Source: Perkinsus olseni (lineage: Eukaryota). From it: DNA of 64,000 nucleotides. The notes below the pieces were generated by a model. The model did not search any database. It saw nothing but the letters and a program-made list of their open reading frames with translations, and was not told where the DNA came from. The stretch lies in assembly GCA_013115125.1 (NCBI GenBank), contig JABANN010000118.1:1-64000 (forward strand), given 5' to 3'. Positions 57,880-64,000 of this stretch are shown here, piece after piece; within the stretch, counting starts at the first letter, position 1, and each line of letters opens with the position of its first letter. Made by a program: the position numbers and the translations under genes.

Positions 57880-59334
57880 ATGTACAACGGAATCGGACTG
57901 CAAACTCCCCGAGGGAGTGGTACCAGCGGTTATGTAATACACTGGGCTGCTGCCAGTCATCCTTGCCTGCTGGCAGTCGTAGTGATGATAATAACAATAA
58001 TCAGGTTCAACGTAACAAGTCGTACCTACGGCCGCAGAGGACGGACATCAAGCCATTCAGAGAGAGCGAGGCTGCTGCTCCCCCCAAGCCCAAGAAAGCC
58101 GATCCTGAGCTCATGTGAGTCGATCGTAAGCGAAGCAACGGGTTGATGGTTAACACTGCAAAAATCTTCCTTGCATGATATGGGACTACTACTGGCACGC
58201 GCACAGCGAAGAATATCTTATCTTGTGGTATCTTTGGTAGTTACCATAACCAGAAGAGAGAGATCGAGGTCAAGCTCATTGACCTGCAAGATACCCTATT
58301 GGAGTCTGGGGAGGAGGAAGATATTGTCCAGAAGAAGGTCGATAAGGAGAGACAGAAGCTGTAGAATTGGGCGAGCCTTTGCCGGGGGGTCGTTCGGTAG
58401 ACGAACAGAGTCGACTTTTACGTGGAAAACTCAATTACAGAATCGATTCTGAGTTTCGGAATTATTTTATCGAATGGGTGCGGGTTATTCGCTCGAACAG
58501 GCGGCAGCTGGTCATTGGAACATTGATGATGTAGATATGGCGGCTCAGGTACAAGGAGCTCGATGACCGAAGAGCAGACGCCGAGGCCCATGGTGGGGAG
58601 CTGCAAGCTGATCAGATGGCTTCAACCCATGAGTAGTACAAATGGATTGGGCTATTGAGCGTCGCGGGAGGCCTCGGCCGCCTAGTGGCAGCGTAGCTGC
58701 TCCGCTTACGTCCATAACAAAGCTGATTAGGTACCTGCAGCTACAGAAACGACAGGCCGAGAGAGCAGCAAAAGCGTTTGGAATCAGTACTACCCATGAG
58801 GAGCTAGGGTCCTGGTTCGAGGCTCTGACTGACTGCTAGATACCCGCAACCATGAAGAAGGGGTAGCATTCGATAAGGATCGCCAACACCAGCAGAAATT
58901 ACAACGTGAGTTTACGGATAGGTCGTTGGTTCAATCCCAAGGGAATTCATTATTATTTTTACATTCGGGATGGTACCAGGTATGATGGACGCTCAAGCCA
59001 GGGACGCTGAGCGATGGGCAGCTCCCGGAGGAGAGAATGGCGACGACGGAGCGATGCGAAAAAATCAGAGGAACTCTCGACCACCAGCTAAGGGTAGTAG
59101 CAGATTGGACTTGTCAAGAGTTCGCTCTCGTAAGTGGGCATTGTCGCTAATTTATCTCTCCTGCTCTTAGCTGGCGAATCGTGGCGAGACTTCGCAGAAC
59201 GTCGTAAAGAGAAGGGTTGGGCTGCAGAAGAGCGGGAGGAAACTGAGGAGGGGGCTGCCAAGAGGAGGGAAGCCAAGCGGGTTAGGAGAGAAGAGAAAGC
59301 TTCTCAGGGGCAGCAGCAGCAGGAGCGTAGTTGA
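57880..59334 (+). CDS. CWC21: Cwc21/SRRM2-like splicing factor (cwf21 domain; multi-exon)
   Basis: Canonical N-terminus [36 protein letters not shown]. Confidence 0.9.
58906..58979 (+). other. Intron containing a tRNA-like variable loop and T-arm
   Basis: AGGTCGTTGGTTCAATCCCAAGGGAATTCA followed by a T-rich run. Confidence 0.55.
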
Positions 59335-59414
59335 TTTGGTGTACTATAGGGCAACTTAACGTAGCAGTGGTAGGGGCTGTTGAATTGTGGAGGGACGAAT
59401 GGAACTTGATGGTG

Positions 59415-59441
59415 GTTGTTGTTGTTGTTGTTGTTGTTGTT
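59415..59441. repeat. (GTT)n microsatellite
   Basis: About 9 GTT units upstream of the Rab start codon. Confidence 0.9.
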
Positions 59442-59477
59442 TTCCTCAATCACCTGCGTTGTTGTTTTATTTTTATC

Positions 59478-60850
<1,373 letters not shown>

Positions 60851-61279
60851 GGCCAGTATGCCACGAGAATGGAGCTAAAACAGGAGGACCGCTGTACCAG
60901 CATCTGAGTGCTGTCACGAGGACTACCGGCCTCATGCAGCCACGTTGCGATCTTCTCGTTATAGACTGCAGTACTGTAGAGCTCTCTATTTTCCTGGGCA
61001 GTGGTGTGTGTGAGTTTGAAGGGCAACGCCGACAGTACGGCTTAGTACGGCTTGTGTCCCTCCTCCTCCAGGTCAGTCATGCAAGTGCTGAAGTCTGGCC
61101 ATCCCTCCGTACGCTACTGCTGCCCTCTTCCTCTAGTATATTGCACATTCAATGCGATGTTCAGTTTTCTTACTCTCACGAGGTTTGCGTTGTAATGCTT
61201 GGTGGGTATCTTGAGCATTTGTAATGGGCATGGGTCAACCTTGGATACCCTCAGATTTCTTGTATCGTCTCCAAATCGA

Positions 61280-64000
61280 ATGTCGAAGCTCGAGGCGACT
61301 GCGGTGGAGGAATCGAGGTAGATCGCCGCGGAAATCCGTGGAAATCCGTCAGAGCTCGGATTTTGTGGCGCGTGACTCAGCCTCGACCGCAGCGCACGCT
61401 CCCGAGAGGACGAGGAGGATCGGAGTTCCACATCGCGCAGTTCAGGCCGAGTGCCGCATTATAGCACGCACGGTCATCAGCATCACCGGTAAACGCGTGG
61501 ACGTTTTGCAAGTGAGCAAGAATTGTTCCCAGATTTCCGACGAAGTCACTGGGTGGTTATGCTGATGTTGCTCCTATCAGCGAGTGGGAGAAAGAGCCGA
61601 AGTACCGGACGAAATCGGAAATGTGAGCGGTGAAGATGGGCCGGGTTGGAGTATCTTAGGTCGAAGGGTGCAGGACACAGAGCAGCTCGGCTTTCAGGTT
61701 GCACCAGAGGCGGGCGAACTTGATACCTGACATATCCTACGACGTGGATGGAGATGGTGTCGTCGGAGCCCGAGATTATTTCATCGCTAAAAATTTTGAT
61801 GAGGATCGTGATGGGAGACTGAACCGGAAGGAGCGGCAACGGTGCATGGAGGCCCTCGCCAAGGGATGGCTGGATAGGTGATAAGGCTGGCAATTTCGTG
61901 GCGCGCGGTCGGAGTATGCTTCCTACAGGTTCTCGTTTGGTCATGACCAGGCGGGTTCAAAGAGGCCCTTCGCAGTGCAGCAGCGCAGGGGGAAAATCTT
62001 CACGCAAGACAGTTCATTCGAACTTGGGGAAACGTAGGAACGCCAATTTCGTGGCGCGCGGTAATTACAACCCTGGCAGATATCCAGCCCACCCGATTAG
62101 CAAGGTAATCCCCTTCCACCATACAAAAACGGAGTTGGCAGTGGATCGGAGAAATGAGATGAAGAATGCTGCATCGGAACTGTGAGTTGACCGTCCCCTT
62201 GCGGCTGTGTTAGTAACGGTTGTATCCGGTGGCGCCCCGACCTCCTTGCATACGTTTTCTCAGGTATGACCGGTGGGAGCGGAAGAATCCGGCTATGGTA
62301 GCAGAGCAACCGCCGTCCAAGGATAATTATGTTGCTCATCCGAAGTAGGGGTACTTAGAGGTGGATTCAATTTTTTCAATTTTTCCATCAGAATGACGCA
62401 TATTGGAGAGAGGGCGGCGGCTGATAATGAGGCTTCGAGGGTTTGTGCTGGCCTAATGCCGGTCAACACCCACCTCAATCCTGACAGGGAGTCCAAAGCT
62501 TTAAGTGAGCGGTCGCCCAAGGTTGCGCTGTCCGACGCCTCGAGTGCTCCTCCAGGCACGGCATGGGTGGAAGCGCCTGTGGTGAGGACTCGATCGCAGT
62601 TGGTGGAGTTGCGGAGAGAAAAGTTGAAGTGCGATCTCGATGAGAGTAGGAATAAAGGTACTGAAATTAAAGGGAAAATATTAATTTTGATTTCGTCGAT
62701 CCGCCTCAGGAGAGGCGGAATTTATCCCCTTGAGCGTTCGAGCAGTCGCGAAAGAGGCCGCGGTGAGTTAGCGATGGAGGTCGTTTCCTGATGGAGAGTG
62801 TCTACTGTTAGGCACATGAATTTCGGAAGGGGGAGGGGGCGGAACCCAAGACGAAGACTCTGCTGGATTTGCAGCGTCGTAGGGACCGGATTGAACACAA
62901 TCTGGCCAATTGCCGACGGAAGCCGCGGAAAATGCCAGCGTAGGCGAAGCGGATCTTTCTTCGTGGCAGTGACTCGAATGGTTGAATTCCGTTCAGGTTT
63001 TCGGAACAGGACCAGCCGTGGTGGACATTGGGTGAAGAACCTAGGAAGAAGCCTAGAAGTGAGGATAGTGGCTAATCCCGCTCGAGTTTGATGTATAGCA
63101 GGACCTCAGTCAGTTAGAGCACCGTGCTTGGAAGGCGGTGGTCGTGGGTTCGAGGCTCGCACCCATCATGCATATCCATCTTCCTTGGTACGTCGCTTTC
63201 GCTCACAGGTCAGCGAGACCGAGGGGGATCGATCAAGTCGAGGGTAGCGGAAGTTACATTCAAAGTCACCGATCCCTTACCAGAACACCTCCGCCCTAGG
63301 GTAAGCATGATTACTCTGAATGAGGGATAAGACAACCGTCGTCACGCCAGAAACAGCCGGAGCGCGAGGACCCGCCCATCATAGGCGATGTGAAGCCGAA
63401 GTCGAACAAGCCTCTCTTCCCTGAGTAGCCGCTCGGCAACAGACTAATCGCCGTAACGACTTTTGTCAGGGGTCGGAGCAAGACGGTGAAGAGGTGGACT
63501 ACTGATATCATCGAACATGGCGCCTTGCGCAACGGCAAGAGGCTCTTCGATAGCTTGCTGCCATGCCAGGTAATGGTCGGATGACGGCGGCTGGTCTTAG
63601 TGTAGAGCTGCTGGGCTTAGGTCTACACGAAGGACTTCGCTCCGCTGGAGGTTTGGAGTAGTTTTGATATCATTCGTCATGACGCTCTGAAGAAGCAGGC
63701 GATAGCGCGGAGTAGCGCCGCACCGACTGTTAGTAAGAAAGCCCTGGGCTCTCTGGGTGAGATCCCCGGTGTTTAGGCAAGTTGTCATCGGCCATGATAA
63801 GTTCGAATCAGCGGAGCGATGCAGCGGCGGTACCGAATAACTCAGAGACATCAGCGGATGCCGAGGTGAGATCATGCCTGGCTCTCGCCGAACGAGGATA
63901 CATCCAGCAGGCTCGTCGGCTTAGCGCCGTGGCGTATGGGAGGCAACGAGGAGAGCAGCAGCGATCTGTCCTAAGTGGGAATGCTAACGCCATCAGCTTC
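61280..64000 (+). CDS. Hypothetical EF-hand-like protein (multi-exon; bounds uncertain)
   Basis: YDVDGDGVVGARDYFIAKNFDEDRDGRLNRKER, two DxDxDG loops; further exons separated by short GT-AG introns. Confidence 0.65.
63124..63208 (+). other. Putative intron containing a tRNA-like T-arm
   Basis: GGTCGTGGGTTCGAGGCTCGCACCCATCA; the stem GTGGG/CTCGC pairs with G-U. Confidence 0.55.

Overview
Gene-dense eukaryotic DNA with many short (about 45-60 nt) GT-AG introns. Gene content and intron style suggest an alveolate, probably Perkinsus-like (inference). Housekeeping genes: TatD DNase, sulfite oxidase, PLPBP/YggS, an MtnB-MtnC methionine-salvage fusion, Utp14, a kinesin, Rrs1, RBM22, a tepsin/MTV1-like ENTH/VHS protein, a cathepsin L-like protease with a truncated upstream paralog, Cwc21/SRRM2-like, Rab6-like, an EF-hand-like protein, and two tRNA genes. 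The largest feature is an uninterrupted 16.3-kb ORF (about 5,400 aa) for a type I membrane protein with bacterial-type Ig-like repeats, a Kelch/Asp-box propeller and sushi-like repeats. The most unusual non-coding signals are: (1) at least seven short spliceosomal introns in different genes that consist largely of a tRNA 3'-half (variable loop, T-arm/B-box, acceptor strand), in either orientation; (2) an exact 13-mer AATTTCGTGGCGC (A-box-like) present 8 times, 7 of them in short introns; (3) many perfect palindromes with a single-nucleotide centre in non-coding DNA; (4) a tRNA-Val-type body with an AUC anticodon; (5) a MITE-like insertion in a Rab intron. Coordinates of spliced genes are outer bounds read by eye.
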